This document shows positions 13,698-24,838 of a stretch of 64,000 nucleotides of DNA, piece by piece. Under the pieces are notes generated by a model. The model did no database searches. It had not been told where the DNA came from and saw nothing but the letters and a program-made list of their open reading frames with translations. The stretch is taken from the NCBI GenBank assembly GCA_001724265.1, contig MEDY01000030.1, positions 62,001 through 126,000 of the forward strand, given 5' to 3'. Position numbers and translations under genes: made by a program. Every line of letters begins with the position of its first letter. Position 1 is the first letter of the stretch. This DNA comes from Rhizaria sp. SCN 62-66. Its lineage: Eukaryota.

Positions 13698-16600
13698 TGG
13701 TGAGTGCTGCTCTGGCCCCCGCGCCCGTGCCCGCTGTGGCCGCGGCGCTGCGCCCGTCGGTGCTTGTGGCACGGTCTCTGACGCCCGCCGTGACAATGGC
13801 CGCGCCCGGGACGGCTGCGAGCCGCGCCTCGACGCAGTCGCCCACTCGCTCTCACAGCCACGACCACGATCTCGGCCACGGTCACGGCCGCGGCCATAGC
13901 GGCCACGGCGGCTTCGGCCACAGCTTCGGTCTCAACCACGGCCACGGCCCCATCCTCAGCGTCAACATGCGGTCCCCCGCGCGGTCTCCAGCGCGATCCC
14001 CGGCGCGCTCCCCCGTGCGGTCCCCGCTGCTCGCGCCGGTCCGCGGGCCGCAGACGCCCTCGGTGGTGGTCCCCATGGCGGCGCGCGCGCTGCGGCGCAC
14101 GATGAGCGGCGACGACGACGAAGACGAGGATGAGATGGATTTCACATTGCCGCCACTCGCCATGCCGCCGCCCGGCACGCCGCCGCTGCGCGCGGACTCC
14201 CCCGACCGCGCCGCGCGCATGTTCAGAGGCGCGAACGCCGCCACCGCTGCCAACCCCGCCGCGGCCGCCGGGGGACACGCGCAGCGGCCGCAGCGGTCGC
14301 CGACGGTGGTGCCGCGCTCCGGGCTGGCGCTGGGCGGGATGCACGCGGTCAACGTGCTCGCGCCGGCGTCTGTGTCGATGGGCTCGCCAGTCCCGTTTGG
14401 CGGTGCGTCGCCCTTCGCATGCGCCTCACGCTCAGCCAGCGGCGGCGGCCACGGCCTCGGCTTTGGTGGCAGTTTCGGCGGCGGTGGCAGCAGTAGCGGG
14501 GTGACGAGCATGGGCAGTCCACTGCCAGTGAGTTTCGCGATGCCCGCGCCGCTGCCGCTCTCGTCCGTCACGTCCGACTCCGCCAACGACTCGGCGCAGT
14601 CCGCCCCCACCGCTCCCGGCGGCGGCGGCGGCGGCGGCACTAGCGCTGGCGCTGGCGCCGAGGACGTGACTGAGGTGGACACGGATACAGGATACCGCGC
14701 CGCGCCGCTGCTCCGTGCTCTCGCCCGCGGCGGCCGTGTCTCCTCTCTGCCGCCCGAGGCCTCGCACTCGCAGTCGCCGGGCCAGGCCCAGGGCCAGTCT
14801 GCGGCCGCGGGCGGGCGCGCGATGTTGGATCGCGACGGCGACGGGATCAACGGCAATAACGTCGCCGCGGGCAACGCCGACGGCGACGGCGCTGCGGCTG
14901 CTGCTGCGGCGACGGAGGGCATCGAAGCGCTCTCGTTGTCGCCCACCACGCGCGCTCGCTCCGGCGCCGGCCACGGCCTCGGCATCGGCGCTAGCCTCGG
15001 CATCGGCGTCGGCGCGAGCGCGGGCGCTGGCGGCGTTGGCGGCGTCGTCGGTGACTCTGCGCGCGCTGCGGTGACGCGCTCGCACAGTCTCAACTCGCGC
15101 GTGCTGCCGCCCTCGCAGTCTCTCATGATGGACGGTGACGGCAACGACCACGATCTCGAGGAGATGCCGCCTGCGCTCGCCGCGGTGGGCTCGCTGCCCG
15201 CCTGCGCCGCCACGGTCGCTGCGGACGTCGTCGCTGCCACCGCTGCCGGTGCCGGTGCCGGCGTTGGATCCAGTGCGAGCCTACTGCGGGCGCTGGGGCT
15301 GCCGTGTCTGCGCTCAGACGGCACGCACGAGCCATCTTGCTGCCACAACAGCCACACTGCCGCTGCTACTGCGGCGGCAGCGGCGGCGGCGAACGCGGGC
15401 GCGGCTGTGGCTGAGGGCCTGCGGGCCAGCTCGCTGCTGCCGCCACTCCACGGCGGCGGCCGTCGCAGCGGCGCCAGTGACTGTGCTAATGCTGCTGGTG
15501 CGCTCTCTGCGGGTGCACTGCAGAGCTGTGGCAGCGCCAGTGGAGGCTCGTCGTCGTCCTCGTCTTCTGCTTGTGTCTCTGTCGCCGCATCTGGGTTCTC
15601 TGGTAAGCCCGGCTCGGTCACGGACCCGGAGGCTTCGTTCCCGTCACTGCCGTCGTCGTCGTCGTCGTCATCGTCGTCATTGCAGCAACCGCAGTCCAGC
15701 TCCGCTCTTGTCGCTGCTGCTGCCGTCGCTACTGCTTCGACCTCAATCGACTCCGCGTCAGTGCCGAGTCCAGTCGATCTCGCGCGTTCGTGTCGGTTGC
15801 CCGCTGCGCCCGCCTCAGCCGCGGCCCCCGCCGTGTCGCAGCCCGGTTTAGCGGTTGACTTGGCGCCCAGCACTGCCGAAGACGACGAGGACGCCGCCGC
15901 CGCGGCCGCCGTGCTCTGGGCGTTGCGCTCATCCTTCGAGGAACAAGCGCTGCCACGCGTGCTCGAAGACCTCACCGCCGCCGCCGCAGCGACCGCCGCC
16001 GCCGCGACGGCCGCGTCCGCCGCCGCAGCCGCAGCGGACTGCAGCGGCGAGACCGTCGCCGTCACCGTGGATCCCGAGCCCCCGACCGCGGCGGCTATCG
16101 CCGGCGCTCTGTCGTCAGCGTGGTGGTCGTCGCCCGTCAGCCACAGCTGGCTGGCCACGGCGAGCGCGCCCGCTCGGTGGGTCGGCCGCGGCCGCGCGGT
16201 CGACGCGCGCGGGATCGTGCGCGAGCTCTTTGGCGCCAACAGCGGGGAACCGGTGCACGGAGGCACGACGGCCTCGCTCGTCATTGAGATCCGCGCACCG
16301 CCCTGCGTCGCTCCCGTCACACACGGCGGCGCGAACAACAACAGCATGGGTGATAATAACTACGACAATAATGCGGCTGATGACCCGCTGTTGCGCGTGA
16401 TTGACTACCGCTGCATTGGCGCTGCGGCGACACCCAAGCCTGGCGCCAGATTAAACCCGTCGTGCGCGGGCGCCGCGATCCTGGCTCGCCGCCGCGCCGC
16501 CGCCGCCGCCGAGGTCGCGGCCAACGCCGCCGTCGTCGCCGCCGCCGCCGGCCTGGCGCCAGGACCGCTTGACTCGACTGCGAGCTTCAGCAGCCCCGGC

Positions 16601-17770
16601 GCGAGCGGCGACTCCCCGTGTCCGACCGCCGCTGGCGACGCTGAGGCCGAGGCCGTGCCGCCCGACGCGTTGCTGTACCTGTTCCAGGACCGCGGGCTGG
16701 GCCCCGGCGTCGCGGCCACGCTTATCTGCGCCAACGTCGGCGACTCCACGGCGTGCTGCGTCACGGAGCCGCTGCCAAAGGCCAAACCGCTGCTCCTCGC
16801 ACAACGCGCCGCCGCGGCGTCAGCAGCGACGGCGGCAGCCTCCGCGACTGGCAACGGTAACGGCACTATGGCCGCCGCCGTCGCCGCCGCCGCTGGCGCT
16901 GGCGCTGCTGCTGGCGCTGCTGCTGCTGGCGCGGTGGCGGATGACCCGTGGCTGGTCCCGCGCCTGCTGTTCCTCAGCGAAGACCACGGTCCCGACAACC
17001 CTCGCGAGTACGCACGCGTGATGGCGCTGCCGGAGGACACGCACCCGGTGAAGCTGCTGTTTGTGTACGACCGCCGTGACGCCGGCGCGAAGCACCTGTG
17101 TCCGCGCGTGTTCGGCCCGGATGGGCAGCTGGATCGGCGCATCCTCGCCAGTCCGTGGTCGTTTGGGCTGCATCCAACCAACGTGCGGCAAGAGCCCGCA
17201 GCATACGCTGTGACGCCCGCGGGCGTGGGCGTGGACGCGACGTGCATTGCCATGACGCGCGCACTGGGCGATCTCTTCTCGCACCAGTTCGGGCTCACCT
17301 GGGAGCCGGCGATCTCGGTGACTGATGTGCCGGTGTACTGCGCGTACACCGTCTGCGTCGCCTCGGACGGCGTGTGGGACTGCTGGGGCTACCCAGACTG
17401 GGCCGTGGCGACGATCACGCTCGTAAAGAAGCACACACGGCAGTGGCACAAGCGCGAGCGCGAGCTGGAACGCGAGCGCGGCGCGGCGGCGGCGCCGACG
17501 GCCTCGCTCAGCGGCAGCGGCAGCGGCGTCGGCTGCAGCCCCCCCGGGTCCACCACCGGCGGCGGCGGTGTCGTCGCAGTGGCGTCGCCGGTACTGCTAA
17601 CCCGCGCGGCGGTTGAGGGCGCGGCCGTGCTGCCGCCGCAGCCGGACGTGGCCGCGCAGGCCGGTGCGGGGCTGATGCAGATGAGCCACGAACGCGCGGT
17701 GCAGAGTTTCGGTGCGCGTGGGTATGACGACAGCACGCTCGTCGTCTGGCACGGTGACGCGTATGTCTAA
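11012..17770 (+). CDS. PP2C/PPM-family Ser/Thr phosphatase with a very large low-complexity insertion; exons 11012-11116 and 11252-17770; in-frame TAG at 11321-11323
   Basis: ATG at 11012 gives MASPLGGP...TFAQG, followed by a phase-0 GTACGT...TTTTCAG intron (11117-11251). Exon 2 reads LTRVP...GPKQHQ[TAG]DSSVFW...GVFDGHGG. The later PPM motifs HGGTTA, ANVGDS, SEDHGP, MTRALGD, VASDGVWD and DDSTLVV occur in order. The gene ends in TAA. Confidence 0.88.
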
Positions 17771-18511
17771 TTAGAGTTGAAACCCGATGGCGTAACAGTG
17801 ATGTCGATATGCGTGGTTGGTCCCTCTGCCTGTCTTGTCTTTGTTTTAAAAGTGGTGTCTCTCTTTACCTCGAGAGCTCTCTGTCCTGTTTTGTTCCCGT
17901 CTTACATTATTTTGTGATCTCAGGTTGTCGCATGTCTTTTTTTTAGGAGTCAGAAAGTGCCTGTTTATATTAGATTCAATGTTATATTTGTACATGTATC
18001 ATTAATTTATTATCGCCTGTTGTTGATTGTATCCTTATTATCATATATCAGCTTCTTTTAGTTAGCTCTGTTTGTTCATCTTCTTTCCTGCTGTGTGTGC
18101 GTGGCGGCTTCTCGGGTTTCAATGCTGAAACTTGTGCCTTCCATAGCGTTCTGTGCAGTCAGTCAAAAATGGCCACGTTGTATTGTCAATTGACAAAATA
18201 TCCACCGTGCTACACCACCAAACATTTCCCGTGACGACCGTGGTGCTGCCACACAAGCTTGTGATTGCGTGTCGCTGCTTTTGGCCTTCTTCTGCGACTT
18301 TTGCTGGCGTGTTGGGGCTCTCGCAGTGACGCTTATGACACAGTCAATGAGGCAATCACAGCGACAACAAAAAATGGAACGATATTAGATGTACATTCCA
18401 TGCTATGAAATACAAAACAAATAGTGAAAAATACATCAATAAATAGCTTTTTGTTTTCCTCAAACCTTTAATAAGCATTCTTGTCTGCGTCGATGAGTTC
18501 GTTCACGCCCC

Positions 18512-21421
18512 TCACTGCTGCTTAAAGCCCTGTCCACTCTCCTTTTCCTCCTCAATGCGTGCGATAAAGTTCGCCAGTGGCTCAGGCTTGGGCTCCTCGC
18601 CAATCACACCGCGCGCGCGCACGCTGACAGCGCCCGTCTGCGCCTCTGCCTCACCGACAACGAGGATGTAGTTATATTGCAGCGCCTGCGACATGCGCAC
18701 CTGCTTCGCAAGCGTCAACCCGGCGTCGGCGGCGTCGGCGTAGAAGCCCTTATCGCGCAACGTCTTGGCGACGGAGCCCGCGTAGTCTGCGTAGCACGGC
18801 GCGACGGCGCAGACGGCAACATGGCGAGGCGAGAGCCACAGCGGCAGACGGCCAAGCGTGTGCTCCAGCACAACGGCGAGGAAACGCTCGACGGAGCCGA
18901 GGATCGCGCGGTGGATCATCACGGGCGTCTGCTCCGTGCCGTCGGCGGCGCGGTACTTAAGCCCGAAGCGGCGCGGCAGGTTGAAATCGAGCTGGATTGT
19001 CGCGCACTGATGCAGGCGGCCCAGCGCGTCGCGGACAGTGACATCCACCTTAGGCCCGTAGAACGCGCCGTCGCCGGGGTTCAACCCCCACTTGCCGGCG
19101 CCGACCGCGGCGTCGAGGCACTCGGCGAGGGTCTGCTCCGCGGCGTCCCACCCGGCCAGCTCGCCGATGTACTTCTCGGGTCGCGTCGACAGGCGGAAGT
19201 GAAACGGGAAGCCGAACGCGCCGTAGACGTCGCGGATGAACTGCACGCAGTCGGCTAACTCACCGCGAAGCTGTTCAGGCGTACAGAAGATGTGCGCGTC
19301 GTCTTGGGAAAACGCGCGCACGCGGGTGAGGCCGGACAGCGCGCCGGAGACTTCATTGCGGTGTAATCCGCCGAAATCAGCGACGCGGAGCGGGAGATCG
19401 CGGTATGAATGCGCGCTGGCGCCGAAGAGAACGCAGTGGCCGGGACAGTTCATTGGCTTCAGAGCCTGCGTCGAGGTCGCGTTGTCCAGACTGCCGTTAC
19501 CACTTACTGGCACGGCAGCTGCGGTTCGACTGTGGCTAGGACTATTGTGACCGTGACTGCAAGAGTGTTCCTCAGTCGCTGCGGGCTGAGTGCCCGCGGC
19601 GAAAAGACCGTGGGCGGCGCCAGGAGCGGCAGCCAGTGCGCCAGTGCACTGCAGCTCCTCGTCCCGCAGCGGCGCCTGCGGCTCAGCCTCAGTAGAAACA
19701 GCATTAGCAGTCTTAACAGTCGCACTCGCTGTCGCAGGAGCGGGCTTAGAGGGCGTAGCAGCAGCAGATGAGGGGTCTGATGAGTGCCCCGCAGAGACGT
19801 AAAACATGTCATCCTGGTACTTATCCCAGTGCCCCGACTGCTGCCACAGCGACTTATCAAACACCTGCGGCGTCCGCACTTCGGAAAACCCGCGGCGGCG
19901 GTAGTGGCGGCGCATGAACTCCACTAACGCGTTGTACACACGAGTGCCGTGGGGGAGGAAGAACGCGGAGCCGGGTGAAACGGGGTGGAACATGAACAGC
20001 GACAGCTCGCGTCCTAACCGGCGGTGGTCAGCCTTCTCGGCGTTCTTGACCGCGGTTTGCCAGTCTGCGAAGAGTGAGTCGGACGGAAACGCCATACCGT
20101 ACACGCGCTGAACAGTGCGCGACTCGTGGGGCGGAGACTGCAGCGCACCGCCGGCCCCCGCGGCGGCGCCCGCGCCCGCGACTGAGGCCGCCAGCGCGGT
20201 CGCGGCCACGTCGCCCGCGGGGGAAGCGGCGGACGCGGCGGCGGCGGCCAGCGCGGCGGCGACGTCGGCGCCGGCGGGGACGGGCAAAGGAGCGTGCAAT
20301 AGTGAAGATGAGGTCTTGTGGGCAATGATCGCGGTCTTGGGGATGCGGCCTGTGGACGGGACGTGGGGGCCGCGGCACAGGTCGACGAGGGGACCGCAGC
20401 GGTACAGTGACACAGTCGGCTCCTCAGAAGCGCTCGACGCAGACGCAGAGGCGGAGGCAGAATCTGCGTTTGCATTAGTCGCGCAGGGGGAAGAGACTCC
20501 CGCGGCGGCAATGCGGTCGAGAATCTGCTGCTTGAACGGATTTCCGGCAAACACCTTCCGCGCAAACGCGATCGGCACGTCAATGCGCTCAAACGGCTGG
20601 TCGAACGTCACGGCCTGGCGGCACACCTTCGTGACTGCAGGGAGATCATCGAGCGAGATCGTGCGCGCCGCGCCGGTGGTTTTGTCGTGCAGGAGTGCGT
20701 CATAGAAGAACCCGCCGTCAGCGAGCGCGGGGCCGTCGGAGAGGTGGACGAGTGCGTCGCGGTATTGGAACTCGAGGGCTTGGCCGAGAACGTGTGCCGC
20801 AGAGTGCCAGAGCGTCGAGGAACCCGTGGGGGTGGTGAAGTCCTGCAGGTCAACCACGGCGCCGGGGGCTAACGAAACCGGGAGAGGACGGGAGAGGTCC
20901 CAGGGCTCGCCGGCGACAACGGCGACCAGTGCAGAGGCAACCGCGGAGGCTACGTCGGGCGATTTAGCGGCGGCAGAGGCGGGCAGAGAGGCGAGAAGCG
21001 ACTGCGCGGTGGTCACGCCCGGCTCGGCGCTGACCTCGCACAGGGGCGCGCCGTTAAAGGCCAGCGACACGCGCACGGGCGCGGGGGAAGCAGCGGACGC
21101 GTGAGGGGGGTTGGCGGCCACGAACGAGTCCCACAGGGCCATACGGGTGAGCCACTGAGTCGGCAGCGCCTCTTTCGGCAGCGAGCCTGTGAATAAGGGA
21201 AAGAGATAAAGACAAATAAAGATATTAAAAGGATACATTAAAGTGCGGTTTACGATGCATATCACAATTGAAAGTATAAAGCGTGATGGCGACGTACTGT
21301 AATAGGTCTTAGCAGACTTTTGTTGGGAGGCAGCAGGCGTGGGAGCAGCAGAAGAAAAAGTGCGCAGTGCCGCTGACCGCAGAGGAAGTGCATGCGCGCG
21401 ACGTGCAAATCGGCTCAACAT
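18512..21421 (-). CDS. Threonyl-tRNA synthetase, probably mitochondrion-targeted; exons 21421-21298 and 21186-18512
   Basis: Arg/Ser/Ala-rich presequence MLSRFARRAHALPLRSAALRTFSS. Motifs: TGS WDLSRPL, editing HSAAHVLG and DLCRGPHV, DHRRLGREL, LWQQSGHW, LKPMNCPGHC, LHRNEVSGALSGLTRVRAFSQDDAHIFC, GDGAFYGPK, QCATIQLDF, IHRAILGSVERF. The gene ends in TGA. The intron is GTACGT...ACAG at 21297-21187. Confidence 0.95.
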   Translation of the reverse strand: MLSRFARRAHALPLRSAALRTFSSAAPTPAASQQKSAKTYYSTSPSRFILSIVICIVNRTLMYPFNIFICLYLFPLFTGSLPKEALPTQWLTRMALWDSFVAANPPHASAASPAPVRVSLAFNGAPLCEVSAEPGVTTAQSLLASLPASAAAKSPDVASAVASALVAVVAGEPWDLSRPLPVSLAPGAVVDLQDFTTPTGSSTLWHSAAHVLGQALEFQYRDALVHLSDGPALADGGFFYDALLHDKTTGAARTISLDDLPAVTKVCRQAVTFDQPFERIDVPIAFARKVFAGNPFKQQILDRIAAAGVSSPCATNANADSASASASASSASEEPTVSLYRCGPLVDLCRGPHVPSTGRIPKTAIIAHKTSSSLLHAPLPVPAGADVAAALAAAAASAASPAGDVAATALAASVAGAGAAAGAGGALQSPPHESRTVQRVYGMAFPSDSLFADWQTAVKNAEKADHRRLGRELSLFMFHPVSPGSAFFLPHGTRVYNALVEFMRRHYRRRGFSEVRTPQVFDKSLWQQSGHWDKYQDDMFYVSAGHSSDPSSAAATPSKPAPATASATVKTANAVSTEAEPQAPLRDEELQCTGALAAAPGAAHGLFAAGTQPAATEEHSCSHGHNSPSHSRTAAAVPVSGNGSLDNATSTQALKPMNCPGHCVLFGASAHSYRDLPLRVADFGGLHRNEVSGALSGLTRVRAFSQDDAHIFCTPEQLRGELADCVQFIRDVYGAFGFPFHFRLSTRPEKYIGELAGWDAAEQTLAECLDAAVGAGKWGLNPGDGAFYGPKVDVTVRDALGRLHQCATIQLDFNLPRRFGLKYRAADGTEQTPVMIHRAILGSVERFLAVVLEHTLGRLPLWLSPRHVAVCAVAPCYADYAGSVAKTLRDKGFYADAADAGLTLAKQVRMSQALQYNYILVVGEAEAQTGAVSVRARGVIGEEPKPEPLANFIARIEEEKESGQGFKQQ

Positions 21422-21798
21422 TTTGAATGCGTCCTAAAATCAGGGGAACCTGCGTTATGCAGCCTAGCGTCGATCTAAGGCGACTTCTTATCGGTTAGAA
21501 ATCTCGCTAGGGTGCCCTCGGTCGAGTCCTGCTGAGTGGCTCGAACGGCTATGTCTTAACTTTCATTGACATGTCTGCCTCACATGGTCCGATAACTGTG
21601 ACAGTAATCGGGCTGCGTATACTTTTTATGTGTTTATTGTCTTTTTTTTTAATTATCCTTCTAAACTTGACTGTCTGGCTCACCATCCGACTTCCAGGTC
21701 CAGCTGCTTTAGCTGTTACTCCTTCATCGCTCACCCGCTCGCCTCACTCATGCCTGCATACGCTCTCTTTCGCCAATCTTGCCCGCTGAAGCAGACTC

Positions 21799-22766
21799 AT
21801 GTCTGACTTAGATCTAACGAAGTACTTCGTTGCGTTTCCCCGTCAGTACGTTCACAAAGGCTTCGACTGTGACCATATCTCTCTCCTGCTCGTCGACATG
21901 ACTCATTCGCTGTCTGTCTTTTCTATTCACTTACTGCACGCCTTTGATGTTGCTCACGTACGTCTGATTTCTTGATATTATGTTTTATCCGTAGTGCCAC
22001 TGATGCTGCACAGAGCGTGACCGGCTGGGTCATCAGCGACGTTCTCCAGTCCCATTCCTCTAACTCCCCCGCTACCGCTGCCATCACAGACGCGTCCGGC
22101 CCCGGCACCGAAGCCTGCGACGTCGAGCTCGTCGCCGACGCCCAGCTCCCCGGCGCGCACATTCTGCGCGTGTCCGCAGCCGCGGGCGCCAGCCGCAGCG
22201 CCGTCGCCGCCGGCCGTGTGTTCGTCCAGTTCCCCGACCCTACTATGGGGCTTTCTCTCGACGTCCCGCTGCCACTGCTCGTACTCATCATGCGCGCCGA
22301 CGCCGGGTTCTGCGCGGTCGAGGCCGCCGTGGCCACCTCGGCGGGCCCGCGCACGGTGACCGTGAGCACCCGTCAGTCCGCCGTCCGCGTCAAGGCCACG
22401 GCGGTGTCGGCCCCTCTGTCACTGTGTGACAACGGGGAGTGGGGTGTCGCGGTGGTTGATCTCGCGTACCTCGTCGCACAGGCCTTCGTCCAACCCACGA
22501 GTACTCCCACAGGTACCGCTGCGAGTACCGTGGTGACGGGGTTACGTGCTCCGGCGCCAGCGCGGTACGTGCACTGCGAACGCGTGCGCATTCACCCCGA
22601 CTGCCGCGTCGCTGCAGTGTATTTCGCCGCGCAGGCGGAAGCGTTTGACCGGTTACCGGCTGTGGTCCGCGCGCAGTGTGCCGCGCTTGCGCCTTCTAGT
22701 GCGCAACACGGCCACAACCAGCAGCATAATCAGCAGCAACAGCAAGGCGTGTGGGCGCCGCAGTGA
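21799..22766 (+). CDS. Divergent CFAP20/BUG22-domain protein; exons 21799-21845 and 21995-22766
   Basis: LSLDVPLPLLVLIMR...STRQSAVRVK...PLSLCDNGEWGVAVVDLAYLVAQAF...YVHCERVRIHPDCRVAAVYFA is colinear with the CFAP20 consensus (LGIKLPFLVMIIK...SNYQSTTRVK...DGWNQIQFNL...[21 protein letters not shown], recalled). A phase-compatible GTACGT...TAG intron lies at 21846-21994. The gene ends in TGA. Confidence 0.75.
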
Positions 22767-23824
22767 GAGACAGACGAGTTGCACTGATCAAAGAGAGTAA
22801 AGAGAGTGATGTGAGTAAAAACACAGGCAAGATGCACTACGTCATCATCCTCGATTGTATTGTGATCATACGCAAAGGATGCAATTAGTCACTATTCTGT
22901 CGCGTTAAAGGCGTGTGAGCAAGTGTTTTGGCCGGTCGGTCGTGTGACGTTGGGCCAGGCACGACGGCTCATTAGGCTCATTAGCTTTAGCCATTGGAAT
23001 ACATAGTCTTTCAGAATTGATCATCTCATGTTATTTCATCTATTTTTCTTCAAAAACAATTTTATGGAGCTAATAAATCCGAATGCTTGTCATAATGTAT
23101 CATAGTTTCGAATATCGACTCGTGTGTGAATACACACTGGTCTCAAACATCGTATTGCGTGAGTTCGGCAACGTGATTGAGTTTTGAACAAGAAGACGGC
23201 GCAGAAACGGTTTAAGTGCCCCTCCAGCAATCCGAGCCAAAGTGCGGCCGACTTGAAGACGAAGAAATTATGAAAAAGACGGACGACGCAGATACAGAAC
23301 TAAATAAGAACGAGGAACAAAACTGGGAACACATTAAGCGCAGCGGCCTTCGTCGGCACTCAGGATTAAGCCACCGAAGATACCATCAGCGGACCAGTCC
23401 AGACCTCTAGCTGCAACATCTGTGGGGGCGCTGCAGCCGTAGACATTTCTAGCCGTAGACGCTTCTCTCTGGGGCTTCAGACATATCGGGCGGCGGATTG
23501 AGATGGAAGACGCATGCATGCCGTGGAGATAAGTCGGAATCTGCAATAGTTGCACCCTCACGACAGAATTGGAGACTATTAACTCGTAGCTCACGCAAAT
23601 GGCCCTTCAATAATTAACTGAACATAAATGTGCGAAGAGCGACAGCAGATGGGATGGCAAGCGGGCGGTGTTAGTTTCGCGTTACTCCGCCCTACCCGTC
23701 GCGCAGACTAAATGACTGGCTAATTCATCGTGACGCACAGTCGCTGACCCCTGACACTGAGATCAATTCGCCTCACCAGGCGAACTGGCCAGCGCGCTGA
23801 ACATCAACAGAAACAGAGTGAAAC

Positions 23825-24838
23825 TCATGCCCATTTGAACGCCTTTGCGTGGAGCTCCTCCCACTCCGGCATAAACGCAGTGAGATCAAGCACAGGCACC
23901 GGCGCGCCCAGCTGTGCAAGCGCGGACGACACCTGCCCGCGGTGCCATGTCGCGTGGTTCAGCACGTGCGTCAACAGCGCCATCCGCGTCCGCGAGTACG
24001 TCGTCCCGGCAGTGTCGACGTACTTGACTTTCTCCAGAAACGCAGAATCGGGGAGCCCGCGGACAAGGTCGAGCCAGTCGTTGTTCTGGTCGTCGAGACG
24101 CATGCCGATGGCATTGCGGGCCTTTTGCGCCGACATCTGCACGTCCACAGAAAGCTCGATCGGCACCACGCGGAGGGATGACACGCCGACGCTGTAGGGT
24201 GTCTCCGCGCCGGTGGCGACGGAGACGGCCTGGGCTGCGGCGGCTGCGGCGTCAAAGCCGGCGCCAGAGCCCGACGCGGACTGAGTGTTAAACGGCAGCG
24301 GGCGCGCGGCGGAGCTGGATGCATTCGCGTGGGAAGAGGCGTTGTTGGGCGCGCCGTGGGGGGTGACGACGGCGGCCTTGGCGGCGGCGGCGGTGCCAGC
24401 GGAAGGAGCGAGTCCGGTGTGCTGGGACACGAAGTGGTTGGCCCAGACGGCGGTGGAGTCGTTGGCGGACCACATGTTGGAGAGCTCGGTGGGCACGGTC
24501 TGCCCCGTGAGGCGCATGAACCACAACTGCTCGGCGTAGTAGAGATGACACAGCGTGCCGTGGATACTGCCGCAGGGGAGGCTCAGGTCACGCATATAAG
24601 GGTGCTCGGCCGCGAGCTGCGCGGAGGACACGCCGCCGTCGGCCAGAGCATCGAGCGCGATTTCGCGAGGGGCGGGCGCGTGGACGGACGTCGTGGCGGG
24701 GGAAAAGATGACGGGAACCATGGCTTGGCGGATGGGGCGGAAGAGGGGATCGTCCAGCACGCCCAGACTCGTCAGCATGCGCCGGGTCGCCCAGCGGTGG
24801 AACTGCGTCATCATCACAAAGTGCGTGCGCACGGACAT
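23825..24838 (-). CDS. DinB/YfiT-like (damage-inducible DinB family) putative metalloenzyme, intronless
   Basis: N-terminal FHRWATRRML, GSIHGTLCHLYYAEQLWFMRLTG and C-terminal LLTHVLNHATWHRGQVSSALAQLG..PVLDL carry the His...HxxxH triad typical of DinB proteins. The start is taken as ATG 24838 (MSVRTHF). The gene ends in TGA. Confidence 0.85.
   Translation of the reverse strand: MSVRTHFVMMTQFHRWATRRMLTSLGVLDDPLFRPIRQAMVPVIFSPATTSVHAPAPREIALDALADGGVSSAQLAAEHPYMRDLSLPCGSIHGTLCHLYYAEQLWFMRLTGQTVPTELSNMWSANDSTAVWANHFVSQHTGLAPSAGTAAAAKAAVVTPHGAPNNASSHANASSSAARPLPFNTQSASGSGAGFDAAAAAAQAVSVATGAETPYSVGVSSLRVVPIELSVDVQMSAQKARNAIGMRLDDQNNDWLDLVRGLPDSAFLEKVKYVDTAGTTYSRTRMALLTHVLNHATWHRGQVSSALAQLGAPVPVLDLTAFMPEWEELHAKAFKWA

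Noticed and set aside
13882-16347. Long antisense or alternate-frame ORFs (821 aa here; also 34320-35612, 44954-46552, 53461-55035)
   Set aside because: These are shadows of GC-rich, GCN-repeat coding sequence on the opposite strand and have no recognisable motifs.
23216-23618. Small intergenic ORF that would lengthen if TAG is read as Gln
   Set aside because: It would need three TAGs in ~20 codons, unlike the sparse use in real genes. Codon style is atypical and there is no recognisable homology.
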